From Gammaproteobacteria bacterium (GTDB lineage Bacteria; Pseudomonadota; Gammaproteobacteria; CAJXQU01), in assembly GCA_965238175.1 (NCBI GenBank), contig CBDEGZ010000003.1, positions 3,008,001-3,072,000 on the forward strand: a stretch of 64,000 nucleotides of DNA, written 5' to 3'. Made by a program: the position numbers and the translations under genes. A model generated the notes under the pieces. The model ran no database searches, had not been told where the DNA came from, and was given only the letters and a program-made list of their open reading frames with translations. Within the stretch, counting starts at the first letter, position 1; every line of letters begins with the position of its first letter. This document shows, in pieces, positions 8,467-19,076 of the stretch.

Positions 8467-10764
8467 GTGAAACGTTTATTTGATCATACGTATATTGTTC
8501 CTGTTATTTTTTCTTTACTGTTCTGCGCATCAAGTCAGGCTGTTGTAGATTCTGACTCACCTAAACAAGCCTCTCACGCATCAATCATGGCCAAAGCCGA
8601 CAGTGCAGGTAAGGTTCGTGTTATTGTCAGAATGAAAACAAACACTACATACGCGGAACTTTCAGCATCCAGCATGGCAATGGATTCACGAAAGACACGT
8701 GTAGTAAGTAAACTGAGACAGCTAAACTCCGCTGATGTGAAAAAATTCCAACACCTTCCAATTACCTCAGCGGAAGTTGATTCCGAAGGATTAAGTTCTT
8801 TACTCAATAATCCAGATGTAGAAGAGGTTTTTGAAGACAAATTATTCAAACCATATCTGGCTGATAGTACATCCTTAGTTGGTTCAACTACCGCAGTAAA
8901 TTCAGGTAGTGGAGGCAGTGGCCAAGTGATTGCTATTCTTGATACCGGAGTTGATAGTAGCCACCCTTTTCTCTCAGGTAAGGTTGTTGATGAAGCTTGC
9001 TTCTCTAAAACAAGTGGAGATTCAACCTCTATTTGTCCTAATGGAAGTAATAGCCAGCTTGGTACTGGGGCTGCCGAGCCATGCAGTGGAATCTGCAACC
9101 ATGGCACTCATGTTGCCGGTATTGCTGCTGGTAAAGGAAGCAGTTTCTCAGGGGTTGCGCCGGATGCAAACATTATGGCAATACAGGTTTTCTCAAAATT
9201 CACGGGTAGTTACTGCAATGGGGCAAGCTCATGCGTATTAGCTTATACCTCTGATATCTTAAGTGGTCTTGAACATGTCTATTCGATGAAAGACACTTAT
9301 AACATAGCTTCAATCAATATGAGTTTAGGTGGAGGAGCCTATTCAAGTGCCTGCGATAGTGAGGTATATAAATCGACTATAGACTTACTCAAAGCAGCAA
9401 ATATTGCCACAGTAATAGCTTCCGGAAATGATGGTTACAGCTCTCAAATAAGTTCACCTGCTTGTATTTCTTCTGCGATCAGCGTTGGCGCAACAACAAA
9501 AAGTGATGGCATTGCCAGTTATTCGAATAGTTCTGAGCTCCTTGATATCTTAGCGCCAGGTAGTTCCATCGAATCTTCACTGCCAGGAACAGGCTATGGT
9601 TACTATAGCGGCACCTCAATGGCTACACCTCATGTCGCAGGTGCATTCGCAATATTACGTTCAAAATATCCAAAAAGTACTGTTGATGAAATTCTAGCAG
9701 TTCTAAAAACTAGTGGCGTTGCTGTTACTGATTCCCGTAACAACATTACCCGTTCTCGTATTAAAATAGATTCTGCTATAGCTGCATATGAGCCCAGTAT
9801 TGAAGAAGAGCCTGTTCTTGAAGAGCCTGTTATTGAAGAGAAACCGATCAGGATCAGAAATGACTTTAGCCCGGATGGAAAATCAGATATTCACTGGAGA
9901 AATCGTCTTACTGCTGAACGCCAAGTATTTCACATGAATGGGGCGAATGTGATTTCGAGCCAGACAATAAATGACAATAAAGATCTTAATTCGAAATTTG
10001 TAGGCATTGGTGACTTGAATGGAGATAACAATGCGGATGTTGTCTGGAGAAATAATCTTAACGGCTCAAGCACTATCGATATTATGAACGGTGCAAGTAT
10101 AACGTCTTCTGCCAGTCTCAATATTCAAACTGATCTTTCTTGGAGCACCGTTGGTATTGGTGACTTTGACGGTGATGGGAAGGATGATCTTCTCTGGAAA
10201 AATGCAACAACTGGGGAAGTTAGAATTTCATTTATGAACGGAACAACATTAGCCTCAGATCAATCAGTTACCACCGTAGGCACAGAATGGGAAATTAAAG
10301 GTGTTGGTGACTTTGACGGTGATGGTAAGAGCGATATCCTTTGGCGTCATAGTGCTAATGGACGAGTATGGATGCACCTTTTGGATGGAGTTACTATCAC
10401 CACTTCCTCCCACATTGCCTACACTTCACTATCTTGGGATATTGAAAAAGTTGGGGACTTCAATGGCGATGGTAAGTACGATATCCTCTGGAAAAATAAT
10501 CAACATGGTCGTGTATGGACATACTTGATGAATGGAGCATTAATCACAAATGGCAATCTGGCAGGTCCTGGAGAGCATGTAGCGTTCAGTGCTCTAAGTT
10601 GGGATATTAAATCCGCGAGTGATTTTAACGGTGACGGTAAAGATGATATTTTTTGGAGAAACAATACCACTGGAGAAAACTGGATGTATCTTATGGATGG
10701 TTCAAACATTCTAATTCAGAATCCTGTGCAAGCAATCACCGATCTTCAATGGACAGTTGAGTAA
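8467..10764 (+). CDS. Secreted S8 (subtilisin-family) serine protease with C-terminal FG-GAP/VCBS-type repeats
   Basis: Signal peptide, prodomain, catalytic triad ILDTG / NHGTHVAG / GTSMATPHVAG; six D(F/L)xxDx(K/N)xD(I/L/V).W repeats. Confidence 0.93.
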   Translation: MKRLFDHTYIVPVIFSLLFCASSQAVVDSDSPKQASHASIMAKADSAGKVRVIVRMKTNTTYAELSASSMAMDSRKTRVVSKLRQLNSADVKKFQHLPITSAEVDSEGLSSLLNNPDVEEVFEDKLFKPYLADSTSLVGSTTAVNSGSGGSGQVIAILDTGVDSSHPFLSGKVVDEACFSKTSGDSTSICPNGSNSQLGTGAAEPCSGICNHGTHVAGIAAGKGSSFSGVAPDANIMAIQVFSKFTGSYCNGASSCVLAYTSDILSGLEHVYSMKDTYNIASINMSLGGGAYSSACDSEVYKSTIDLLKAANIATVIASGNDGYSSQISSPACISSAISVGATTKSDGIASYSNSSELLDILAPGSSIESSLPGTGYGYYSGTSMATPHVAGAFAILRSKYPKSTVDEILAVLKTSGVAVTDSRNNITRSRIKIDSAIAAYEPSIEEEPVLEEPVIEEKPIRIRNDFSPDGKSDIHWRNRLTAERQVFHMNGANVISSQTINDNKDLNSKFVGIGDLNGDNNADVVWRNNLNGSSTIDIMNGASITSSASLNIQTDLSWSTVGIGDFDGDGKDDLLWKNATTGEVRISFMNGTTLASDQSVTTVGTEWEIKGVGDFDGDGKSDILWRHSANGRVWMHLLDGVTITTSSHIAYTSLSWDIEKVGDFNGDGKYDILWKNNQHGRVWTYLMNGALITNGNLAGPGEHVAFSALSWDIKSASDFNGDGKDDIFWRNNTTGENWMYLMDGSNILIQNPVQAITDLQWTVE
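9805..9840 (+). repeat. Short tandem 15-bp repeat encoding an EEPV(L/I) linker
   Basis: gaagagcctgttctt gaagagcctgttatt gaagag, lying between the catalytic and repeat domains. Confidence 0.7.
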
Positions 10765-11073
10765 TCACATTGTTCAACTGTATAAATAATGATCCTGGTT
10801 TAATTATTTCGACCTATCTCACACTAGACTGAAAAGATAGAAATAAAGTAAGTATTAAATCTGCAGACACCAACTTTACGAGCACCTGTTGATCAGGTAT
10901 TACAAACATATTAAGTAATTGATCACTTTATACTAAGCATTCATTTCTTTATGCGTACAACTACGCATCATCAGTACTCACATCATATAGAACATGCCCT
11001 ATAATATACGCAGGCAATTTTTTGTATTTCAGCTTAATTCACAATCAATCAAGATAAGAGAAAACAAATTCAT

Positions 11074-11385
11074 ATGAGACTAATTGGAATAATACTAATA
11101 ATCGTTTTGATTTCGGCAGCTTTTTGGCTTCTCAATAAGGGTAGTAATACTACATCTGATCTTCCTGCAATTGATCAACCCTCTCCATCACCTGAGAATA
11201 CATTGCAAGAGCAAAACATCGAAGCCGCTGTGGTAGAAATTGATTCAACTATTAACATAGAACCCAGCTCCCCTTTCAGTGGTCCTTCGATCGAAGTTGA
11301 CGAGAGCCTTTATGGTGATGGTCCGAGCACGGGTGCTGCTACCGACATGGAGTTAACGGCTCCAGAAGATAGTCTGCCTAATTAA
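11074..11385 (+). CDS. Hypothetical membrane-anchored, acidic low-complexity protein
   Basis: N-terminal TM followed by a Pro/Ser/Glu-rich region; directly upstream of the GT2 gene. Confidence 0.6.
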   Translation: MRLIGIILIIVLISAAFWLLNKGSNTTSDLPAIDQPSPSPENTLQEQNIEAAVVEIDSTINIEPSSPFSGPSIEVDESLYGDGPSTGAATDMELTAPEDSLPN

Positions 11386-11412
11386 ATAATAACCAGCTAA
11401 CGATCAATAAAA

Positions 11413-12345
11413 ATGTCGATTCAAGTCTCCGTTATTATCGTCAATTTTAATTCTGGCTCTTTGTTATACGATTGTCTCCTGTCCTTATTTGATTCAACCA
11501 TTTCCATAGAAGTCATCGTTGTCGATAATAATTCTGAAGATGACAGTTTATTAAAGGTAGCTTCCGCTTTCAAAAACGATACAAGGCTGACGATAATTCG
11601 AAACTCGACCAATTCTGGTTTCGCACATGCTTCAAATCAAGCCGTAGAAAAAGCAACTGGCGATTACTGGTTATTCTTAAATCCTGATTGTGTCATCAGA
11701 TCTGACACTATTAGTGAGGTGCGTGAATTGATGGAAAAAAATCCAGATGTTGGCATGTCTGGTCCCTTGATCGTAAATCCTGATGGTAGTGAGCAGAGAG
11801 GTTGTCGAAGAGCTATTCCAACACCGTGGCGATCGTTTGTTCGGGCTTTTGGCTTATCTAAGTTTTTCCAAGATAATCCAAAATATAAAGACTTTTTGCT
11901 GCATACAGAACCCTTGCCAGATCATCCCATCAATGTAGAAGCTATTTCCGGTGCGTTTATGTTTGTTAGAGCGTCTGCGACTAACGAGGTTGGTCTACTC
12001 GATGATGGTTATTTTTTACACTGTGAAGATCTTGATTGGTGTATGCGTTTTCGACAAAAAAACTGGAGATTGTTATTCAATCCAAATACTATCGTGACAC
12101 ATGTAAAAGGTGGTTGTAGCGAGAACCGACAGATATTTGTGATCTGGCATATGCATAATGGCATGGTACGTTTCTATAAAAAATTCTTCAAAGAAGAATA
12201 TCCAAAACCACTGATGTGGTTGATTGTGATCGGCGTGTGGTTACGTTTTATTATGATGGCTAGCTACTACAAAATCATGCAAATAGTTGATCGTTTCAGA
12301 TCAATAAAAACAAAGTTATTAGCTTGTGTCAGCGACTTCAAATAA
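11413..12345 (+). CDS. GT2-family glycosyltransferase
   Basis: VSVIIVNFN, VVDNNS.D, FLNPD, SGAFM, YFLHCEDLDWC. Confidence 0.92.
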   Translation: MSIQVSVIIVNFNSGSLLYDCLLSLFDSTISIEVIVVDNNSEDDSLLKVASAFKNDTRLTIIRNSTNSGFAHASNQAVEKATGDYWLFLNPDCVIRSDTISEVRELMEKNPDVGMSGPLIVNPDGSEQRGCRRAIPTPWRSFVRAFGLSKFFQDNPKYKDFLLHTEPLPDHPINVEAISGAFMFVRASATNEVGLLDDGYFLHCEDLDWCMRFRQKNWRLLFNPNTIVTHVKGGCSENRQIFVIWHMHNGMVRFYKKFFKEEYPKPLMWLIVIGVWLRFIMMASYYKIMQIVDRFRSIKTKLLACVSDFK

Positions 12346-13264
12346 AGCTTTAAACAATAAAGAAACAAGTATTATTGTCACTGGTGCGACGAGTCTGATT
12401 GGTCGTTTCCTGTTACCACTACTTCGGAATAATGGTTATAAAATTCATGCCCTGACAAGATCACAAAAGAGTAGATCAGAAATAAACAATCCTTCTGAAG
12501 AATGGCATCATTACGATGGTTCATTAAAAAGCGTCAGTCCAAAAATCACTAGTGCAAATATTCTTATACATCTTGCTCCTCTGTATAGTCTTCCAGACAT
12601 CATCGAAGATTTTGTTTCTTTGGGAGGAGAAAGAATCATCGCTTTTAGTTCTACAAGCCGGTTTAGTAAAAAAAGTTCTACGGTTGCATCAGAGCGAGAA
12701 ATAGCGAAAAAACTTATAGCCGCCGAAGAATCTGTTGCTTCTAACTGTAACAATCATCAGCTTGCCTGGACAATTTTCAGACCGACGCTAATTTATGGTG
12801 CAGGCCTTGATCAAAACGTGTCAAGTATTGCAGCTTTGATTCAATGCTTAAAGATCTTCCCTTTAGTAGGAAAAAGCACAGGCTTACGCCAACCCGTACA
12901 TGCGGAAGATCTTGCGATTGCATGCACGAAAATATTGAACGTCAAAAAAATGCCAAACCAATCTTATAATTTAGTTGGTGGAGAAACGCTGACTTATAAA
13001 GAAATGGTCGAACGGATTTTTTTAACGTTAAAGAAAAAACCACGATTTATGTCTTTTCCACTGCCTTTGTTCAAAGCACTGATTAAGTGTATTTCGATCA
13101 TTCCTGCATATTCACATTTAACAACAGAAATGGCAGATCGAATGAATCAGGATTTATGTTTTGACAGTAAAGAAGCGATCAAGGATTTTGACTATATGCC
13201 ACGAGAATTTTACCCGCAGAAAAAAGATCTGATCGAAAATTCAGATACTACTATTTTCAACTAA
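12326..13264 (+). CDS. NAD-dependent epimerase/dehydratase family protein
   Basis: IIVTGATSLIG Rossmann motif, FRPTLIYG, RQPVHAEDLA. Confidence 0.85.
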   Translation: MSATSNKALNNKETSIIVTGATSLIGRFLLPLLRNNGYKIHALTRSQKSRSEINNPSEEWHHYDGSLKSVSPKITSANILIHLAPLYSLPDIIEDFVSLGGERIIAFSSTSRFSKKSSTVASEREIAKKLIAAEESVASNCNNHQLAWTIFRPTLIYGAGLDQNVSSIAALIQCLKIFPLVGKSTGLRQPVHAEDLAIACTKILNVKKMPNQSYNLVGGETLTYKEMVERIFLTLKKKPRFMSFPLPLFKALIKCISIIPAYSHLTTEMADRMNQDLCFDSKEAIKDFDYMPREFYPQKKDLIENSDTTIFN

Positions 13265-14703
13265 GCCCGATTATAAATATCTTCGAACCGGACGATATCG
13301 TCTTCACCAAGATAAGAACCAGACTGAACTTCGATCAGTTCTAATGTAATCGTACCCGGATTAACCAAACGATGGGTCACACCTAACGGAATATAAGTTG
13401 ACTGGTTCTCTGTCAGCATGATTTCTTCGTCACCTTTAGTGACTATTGCGGTACCTGACACAACAATCCAATGTTCCGCACGATGATGATGCATTTGTAG
13501 AGAAAGGCTTTCCTCCGGCTTAACCGAAATTCGTTTAACTTGAAAACGATCACCTGCATCAATGCCTTCATAACAACCCCATGGTCGGTATACACGACGA
13601 TGCATTAATGATTCATCACGCTGTTCTTTTTTCAGAAATTCAACGATTTTTTTAACATCCTGCGCGCGATCTTTAGGTACCACCATTACCGCATCCGATG
13701 TTTCAACCACGATCAAATCGTCACAACCCACAACCGACAATAAACGGTGCTCCGCAACTAAAATATTATTGTTTGCATCGTGAGTAAAAACATCACCCGT
13801 TGCTGCATTACCGTTTTCATCCTGATCAGAAATTTCCCACAAGCTAGACCATGAACCCACATCAGACCAACCTGCATCAAGTGAAAGGACGGCAGACTTA
13901 AACGAATGATGATCCGTCACTTTTTCCATCACCGCATAATCCACAGAATCAGCAGGGCAATTCACAAATGAATCATTTTCAAGACGGAAAAAATCACCAT
14001 CTGCAGAACCAGATTGATACGCTGTTGTACAGGCATCGAAAATATCTTGTCTAAAGGTTTTGATAGCTTCTAACCAAACCGAAGCCTTCATCATGAACAT
14101 GCCACTGTTCCATGAATACTCTCCAGAATCCAGATAGGACTGTGCCGTCTGTGTATCAGGTTTTTCAACGAATGCACTAATTGAATAAGCGCTACTTCCA
14201 TCAACATTCGCTCCTTGTTTGATGTAGCCATAACCTGTTTCTGGTTTATCCGGCACAACTCCAAAAGTGATCAGATAACCTTGTTCTGCCAGCTTGGCAC
14301 CCTCTTGAATAGTGTTATGAAACGTATCCAAATCTTGAATAACATGATCAGAAGGCATCATTATGATAATTGGATCGTTGTCTAGACTTTGACCACCTTG
14401 CGCAGCCATGGCTGCAACCGTTAAAGCCGGTGCTGAATTTCGCCCCTCAGGTTCGAGCACAATCGTATTCAGGCTTTGTTCTTTCAATCTCGCTTGTTCT
14501 GCCACTAAAAAACGATGTTCTTCATTACTGACTATGATCGCTGGTTCAACACCTTCAACACTCGTATCCATTCTTGCCAAGGTCTGTTGTAAGAGAGAAT
14601 CTTCCCCAGTCAACCTAAGAAATTGCTTAGGATAATGTTCGCGTGATAATGGCCACAAACGTGTGCCACCACCGCCAGCTAGAATTACAGGTAAGATCAT
14701 CAT
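13261..14703 (-). CDS. manC: Mannose-1-phosphate guanylyltransferase / mannose-6-phosphate isomerase
   Basis: PVILAGG.GTRLWPLSR..YPKQF, FVEKP, WNSGMF, C-terminal cupin (RPWG, SLQMHHHRAEHW). Confidence 0.96.
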   Translation of the reverse strand: MMILPVILAGGGGTRLWPLSREHYPKQFLRLTGEDSLLQQTLARMDTSVEGVEPAIIVSNEEHRFLVAEQARLKEQSLNTIVLEPEGRNSAPALTVAAMAAQGGQSLDNDPIIIMMPSDHVIQDLDTFHNTIQEGAKLAEQGYLITFGVVPDKPETGYGYIKQGANVDGSSAYSISAFVEKPDTQTAQSYLDSGEYSWNSGMFMMKASVWLEAIKTFRQDIFDACTTAYQSGSADGDFFRLENDSFVNCPADSVDYAVMEKVTDHHSFKSAVLSLDAGWSDVGSWSSLWEISDQDENGNAATGDVFTHDANNNILVAEHRLLSVVGCDDLIVVETSDAVMVVPKDRAQDVKKIVEFLKKEQRDESLMHRRVYRPWGCYEGIDAGDRFQVKRISVKPEESLSLQMHHHRAEHWIVVSGTAIVTKGDEEIMLTENQSTYIPLGVTHRLVNPGTITLELIEVQSGSYLGEDDIVRFEDIYNRA

Positions 14704-14738
14704 TCTTTAAAATATATCCTTAAATTAAAACTCGAAAA

Positions 14739-16028
14739 TTAAAGTCTAATCAGAGAAACACCAACAGGAATATCTTCTCGTGACAGTTTTGCTTTCACGT
14801 CATAAACAGCACCTTGACCATTATCGAGCAAGCTGGATACAAATTCCCAACCCCGATCAAGATAACTGCGATGAGGTACCGCACAAATAACAGCCTGAGC
14901 TGGTTTCAAATCAGCTTCTTTGACTAAATCAATGCCGTATTCTTCAACGGCCTCTTCAGGATCAGCCTCAGGATCTGTCACCTGCACATTAATCCCATAA
15001 TCTTCAAGTTCGCACAAAATATCTGTGACGCGCGTATTTCTGAGATCAGGAACGTCCTCTTTAAAAGTCAAACCCAAAACAGTAATAGTAGAACCTTTGA
15101 CCTTGACGCCATCTTTGATCATTTGTTTAACTACTTGGCCCGCAACATGTGCGCCCATGCCATCATTGATGCAACGACCAGAGAGGATCACTTGAGGGCT
15201 GTATCCTAAAACCGAGGCTTTGTATGTAAGATAGTAAGGATCAACTCCAATACAATGACCACCAACTAAACCTGGATCGAAAGGCAGGAAATTCCATTTT
15301 GATCCAGCGGCAGCTAATACGTCACGCGTATCAATCCCCATACGTTCAAAAATTAACGCTAACTCATTCATCAAAGAGATATTTAAATCACGCTGTGTAT
15401 TTTCAATTACCTTGGCGGCTTCAGCAACTTTTATCGTTGCTGCGCGATGAACACCCGCCGTGACGACTGACTCATAAACTGCGGCAACAATATCAAGAAT
15501 TTCTGGTGTCTGACCGGCGACCACCTTGATGATCGTTTTAAAAGTATGCTCTTTATCACCGGGGTTAATGCGTTCTGGTGAATAACCCACAAAAAAATCC
15601 TCACCACATTTCAAACCTGAAACTTGTTCAAGTACAGGCACACAATCTTCTTCTGTTGCTCCTGGGTAGACAGTTGATTCATAAACGACTATATCGCCTT
15701 TTTTGAGTATGCTCCCAACTGTTTTTGACGCACCAATCACCGGCGACAAATCAGGTTGTTTTGCATTATCAATCGGTGTCGGAACAGCAACAATATGAAA
15801 ATCCGCTTTGTTAAGGTCTTCTGGATTAGCCGTGTATAAAACATCGGTATTGTTCAGATCATCATCTTCAACTTCGTTTGTGCGATCCCAACCATCTTTC
15901 AGTTCCTGAATACGCTTAGGGTCAATATCAAAGCCGATTGATTGCTCTGTTTTACCGAACTCGACGGCCACAGGCAAACCTACATACCCAAGACCAATGA
16001 CTGAAATTTTTCTGTTATGTGTCATCAC
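14739..16028 (-). CDS. UDP-N-acetylhexosamine dehydrogenase (TviB/WbpO-like nucleotide sugar dehydrogenase)
   Basis: [47 protein letters not shown]. Confidence 0.92.
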   Translation of the reverse strand: MMTHNRKISVIGLGYVGLPVAVEFGKTEQSIGFDIDPKRIQELKDGWDRTNEVEDDDLNNTDVLYTANPEDLNKADFHIVAVPTPIDNAKQPDLSPVIGASKTVGSILKKGDIVVYESTVYPGATEEDCVPVLEQVSGLKCGEDFFVGYSPERINPGDKEHTFKTIIKVVAGQTPEILDIVAAVYESVVTAGVHRAATIKVAEAAKVIENTQRDLNISLMNELALIFERMGIDTRDVLAAAGSKWNFLPFDPGLVGGHCIGVDPYYLTYKASVLGYSPQVILSGRCINDGMGAHVAGQVVKQMIKDGVKVKGSTITVLGLTFKEDVPDLRNTRVTDILCELEDYGINVQVTDPEADPEEAVEEYGIDLVKEADLKPAQAVICAVPHRSYLDRGWEFVSSLLDNGQGAVYDVKAKLSREDIPVGVSLIRL

Positions 16029-17035
16029 GCAACCTGATAAAATTCTCTATACCAATTAACAAAATTCTGTATTCCTGTCACCAACTTCGTTTCAGGTTTA
16101 TATCCCATATCATTAACCAAATCTTCAACATTTGCATAAGTCGCAGGAACGTCTCCAGCCTGCAAAGGCAACATGTTTTTCTCGGCTTTTTTGCCCAGTA
16201 CATTTTCTAACGTTTCGATAAACGTCATTAAATGGACAGGATCATTATTTCCAATGTTATAAACTCGATACGGTGCCTTACTGGTTCCTGGATCGGGTTT
16301 GTTACCTGACCATTCAGGATCCGCGGTTGCAGTTGTGTCTACACAGCGAGTCACACCTTCAACGATATCATCGACATAGGTAAAATCACGTTGGTGATCT
16401 CCATAATTAAAAACATCAATCGGCTTTCCTTCGATAATGTTTTTAGTGAACATGAACAAAGACATATCCGGTCTTCCCCAAGGACCATAAACGGTGAAAA
16501 AGCGCAGCCCTGTAGTAGGCAGACCAAATAAGTGACTATAGGTGTGCGCCATCAATTCATTGGCTTTTTTTGAAGCCGCATACAATGAAACCGGGTGATC
16601 GATATTGTCATGGATTGAAAATGGCATGCTGGTATTCGCACCATAGACCGAACTCGATGAAGCATAGACCAAATGCTCGACCTTGTTATGTCGACAACCT
16701 TCTAGAATATTCGTAAAACCTACAATATTTGCATCAATATAAGCTTGAGGATTTTCCAATGAATATCGCACCCCTGCTTGCGCAGCAAGATGAACAACAC
16801 GCTCAAACTGTTCTTCTTCAAACATCGCTTTCATACCAACCTGATCAGCAATATCAAGTTTTATAAATTTGAAGTTATTATTTGGAGTTAAGCGATCAAG
16901 ACGTGCTTGTTTCAACGACACATCATAATAGTCATTCATATTATCGAGACCAACAATCTCGTCGCCACGCGCTAATAATTTGTGACTCAGCGTTGACCCG
17001 ATAAAACCAGCCGCACCTGTAACCAGTATTTTCAT
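16025..17035 (-). CDS. UDP-glucuronate 4-epimerase-like SDR (CapI type)
   Basis: [47 protein letters not shown]. Confidence 0.93.
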   Translation of the reverse strand: MKILVTGAAGFIGSTLSHKLLARGDEIVGLDNMNDYYDVSLKQARLDRLTPNNNFKFIKLDIADQVGMKAMFEEEQFERVVHLAAQAGVRYSLENPQAYIDANIVGFTNILEGCRHNKVEHLVYASSSSVYGANTSMPFSIHDNIDHPVSLYAASKKANELMAHTYSHLFGLPTTGLRFFTVYGPWGRPDMSLFMFTKNIIEGKPIDVFNYGDHQRDFTYVDDIVEGVTRCVDTTATADPEWSGNKPDPGTSKAPYRVYNIGNNDPVHLMTFIETLENVLGKKAEKNMLPLQAGDVPATYANVEDLVNDMGYKPETKLVTGIQNFVNWYREFYQVA

Positions 17036-17176
17036 ACTACCCTTCCCATCTTCAGAACACTGGATTGTACAGTCCAGAACACTTTGTGTTTTGATAACCC
17101 AGTGAAAATTCGTTAACTGTTTACTATAAATATAGTTAGATCAGCTATAACTGATCTTTATATCAACTGAATATAG

Positions 17177-17203
17177 CTATCGGCGTGCAATAAAATTAGT
17201 TTA
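17177..17203 (-). promoter_or_regulatory. sigma28 (FliA)-type promoter upstream of the nucleotide-sugar operon
   Basis: Minus strand reads TAAA-ctaattttattgcac(15)-GCCGATAG, about 140 bp before the ATG at 17035. Confidence 0.6.
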
Positions 17204-17214
17204 GATATTCAGGC

Positions 17215-17733
17215 TTATAATTGCTTATTTTTCTTCTCGTCCAAAACCTGTTTTATGGAATCTAATTTGACATTTACGTCTGATAATTGAATGAATTCCT
17301 GCTCAATTTCTTCTGGAGAAGAAAAAGCACCTAATAATTTTGGATTCTTCAACAAATAACCTGCCTGACGCATATCCTGGCTTATTGTTCTGGCTTGTTC
17401 TGGAGGGAATTCCGATCTTCGTAAACGTGATGAAAGTCGACTAACACGCATTTTTATTTTCTTTCTGATCTCTTTTAGATCAGAAAATTTACTGTGCATC
17501 AATTGACGCCTCACTTCTTGTTCATCGACTATTGGCCCCTTCACTAGAGAAGTATCTTGATTCTGATCACTTTGAAAGTGGCCATTTTGATCAATAGTTG
17601 ATCCGCCACTGATTTTTGAAGCATCTCCAGAAACTGAAGGCTTAATATCCTGAATCTGATCTCCGTCACTAGTTACTAATACAATTGATCCAGCGACAAT
17701 AGCTAAAACCAACAAAATCATCATAATTCTCAT
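17215..17733 (-). CDS. Hypothetical protein with N-terminal membrane anchor and helical C-terminus
   Basis: 172-aa ORF with hydrophobic N-terminus; no family recognised. Confidence 0.65.
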   Translation of the reverse strand: MRIMMILLVLAIVAGSIVLVTSDGDQIQDIKPSVSGDASKISGGSTIDQNGHFQSDQNQDTSLVKGPIVDEQEVRRQLMHSKFSDLKEIRKKIKMRVSRLSSRLRRSEFPPEQARTISQDMRQAGYLLKNPKLLGAFSSPEEIEQEFIQLSDVNVKLDSIKQVLDEKKNKQL

Positions 17734-17865
17734 ACAGAAACTCTCACTTTATCAGGGCACCTTTGGCATAAATATTGAATCACAGTTGAGTAACCAACGA
17801 AGACAGTTTAACAAACTACCAGATGTCGATGTAATTAACTAAACACCCAGATTAAGGAAAATAAA

Positions 17866-19035
17866 ATGCTAAAGCTTGAAAACTTCACCCTGAAACAAAG
17901 AATGTTCTTTATCTCCAGTATAGGTGTTGCCGGGCTATTGACAATGATGACACTTGAGTATTTTCATATTTCGATTGCAATTTCCATGGGTATAGGTGTT
18001 TTGTTCATCATAGCTATAACTACCCTGGCTGAATATTTCGGGAGGCATGCCTCTGAACGCAGTAAAAATTTGGTTGAGAGTATTCAAAACGTGAATAAAG
18101 GTGATCTAACTCAGACTCTCTCTCTTCCAGGTAAAAGTGAATTTAGTTGGATAGCAAGAGAATTTGAAGACACTCGTAAATCACTGGCCGTACTTGTAAG
18201 TGAAATAGTTGGTGGGATTGATCAATTAGCAATCACAAGTAATCAACTCACCTCTGTTGGCGCTCAAACAAGCGAAGGTGTTCAAAAACAACAAATGGAA
18301 ACAAATCAGGTTGCTTCAGCCATTAATCAAATGGCGACCACCGTCCAGGAAGTAGCGAAAAATGCGTCAAGTGCTGCAGCTGCAGCTAAAAATGCCGATC
18401 AAGAAGCTGAAAATGGTAAAAATGTAGTAAGCAGTTCAATCAAATCTATAGATACACTAGCAAAAGAGGTTGAACAAGCCGCCGATACGCTACAGCGACT
18501 TGATGGTGATATTGGAAACATCGGCGATATCGTAAATGTTATTCGAGCAATTACTGAACAAACAAACTTACTTGCACTAAATGCTGCAATTGAAGCCGCA
18601 CGCGCTGGCGAACATGGTCGTGGATTTGCAGTTGTTGCGGATGAAGTACGCACATTAGCCGCAAGAACACAGTCATCGACAATTGAAATAGAAGAAATGG
18701 TTAATAGACTTCAAGCAGGAGCAGAAGAATCCGTTGCTGTAATGGAAAACAGCCGTAACCGTGCTCATGAAACTGTAGAAAGTGCAGCTAAAGCAGGTGA
18801 AGCGTTAGATAAAATCACCAGTATGATCACAACCATCGATCAAATGAATGCACAAATTGCACAGGCGTCAAACCAACAAACTACGGTTGCAAATGAGATA
18901 AATCAAAGTATTGTTAATATTAGCCAGGTCGTTGAACAAACTGCAAGTGGCGTACAGGGATCTGTACGATCATCCGGAACACTTTCATCTGTTTCCAAAC
19001 AACTTCAAAATACCGTTAGCAAGTTTAAAATTTAA
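17866..19035 (+). CDS. Methyl-accepting chemotaxis protein without a periplasmic sensor domain
   Basis: Two adjacent TMs, [36 protein letters not shown] signalling tip. Confidence 0.95.
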   Translation: MLKLENFTLKQRMFFISSIGVAGLLTMMTLEYFHISIAISMGIGVLFIIAITTLAEYFGRHASERSKNLVESIQNVNKGDLTQTLSLPGKSEFSWIAREFEDTRKSLAVLVSEIVGGIDQLAITSNQLTSVGAQTSEGVQKQQMETNQVASAINQMATTVQEVAKNASSAAAAAKNADQEAENGKNVVSSSIKSIDTLAKEVEQAADTLQRLDGDIGNIGDIVNVIRAITEQTNLLALNAAIEAARAGEHGRGFAVVADEVRTLAARTQSSTIEIEEMVNRLQAGAEESVAVMENSRNRAHETVESAAKAGEALDKITSMITTIDQMNAQIAQASNQQTTVANEINQSIVNISQVVEQTASGVQGSVRSSGTLSSVSKQLQNTVSKFKI

Positions 19036-19076
19036 TTATCAGGGTTCTCAAACTAAGTCATTTATGGGAACTGAGA

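Noticed and set aside
8574-9241. Overlapping ORFs inside the S8 gene, and similar short antisense or alternate-frame ORFs throughout the track
   Set aside because: They lie within well-supported genes and have no recognisable motifs.
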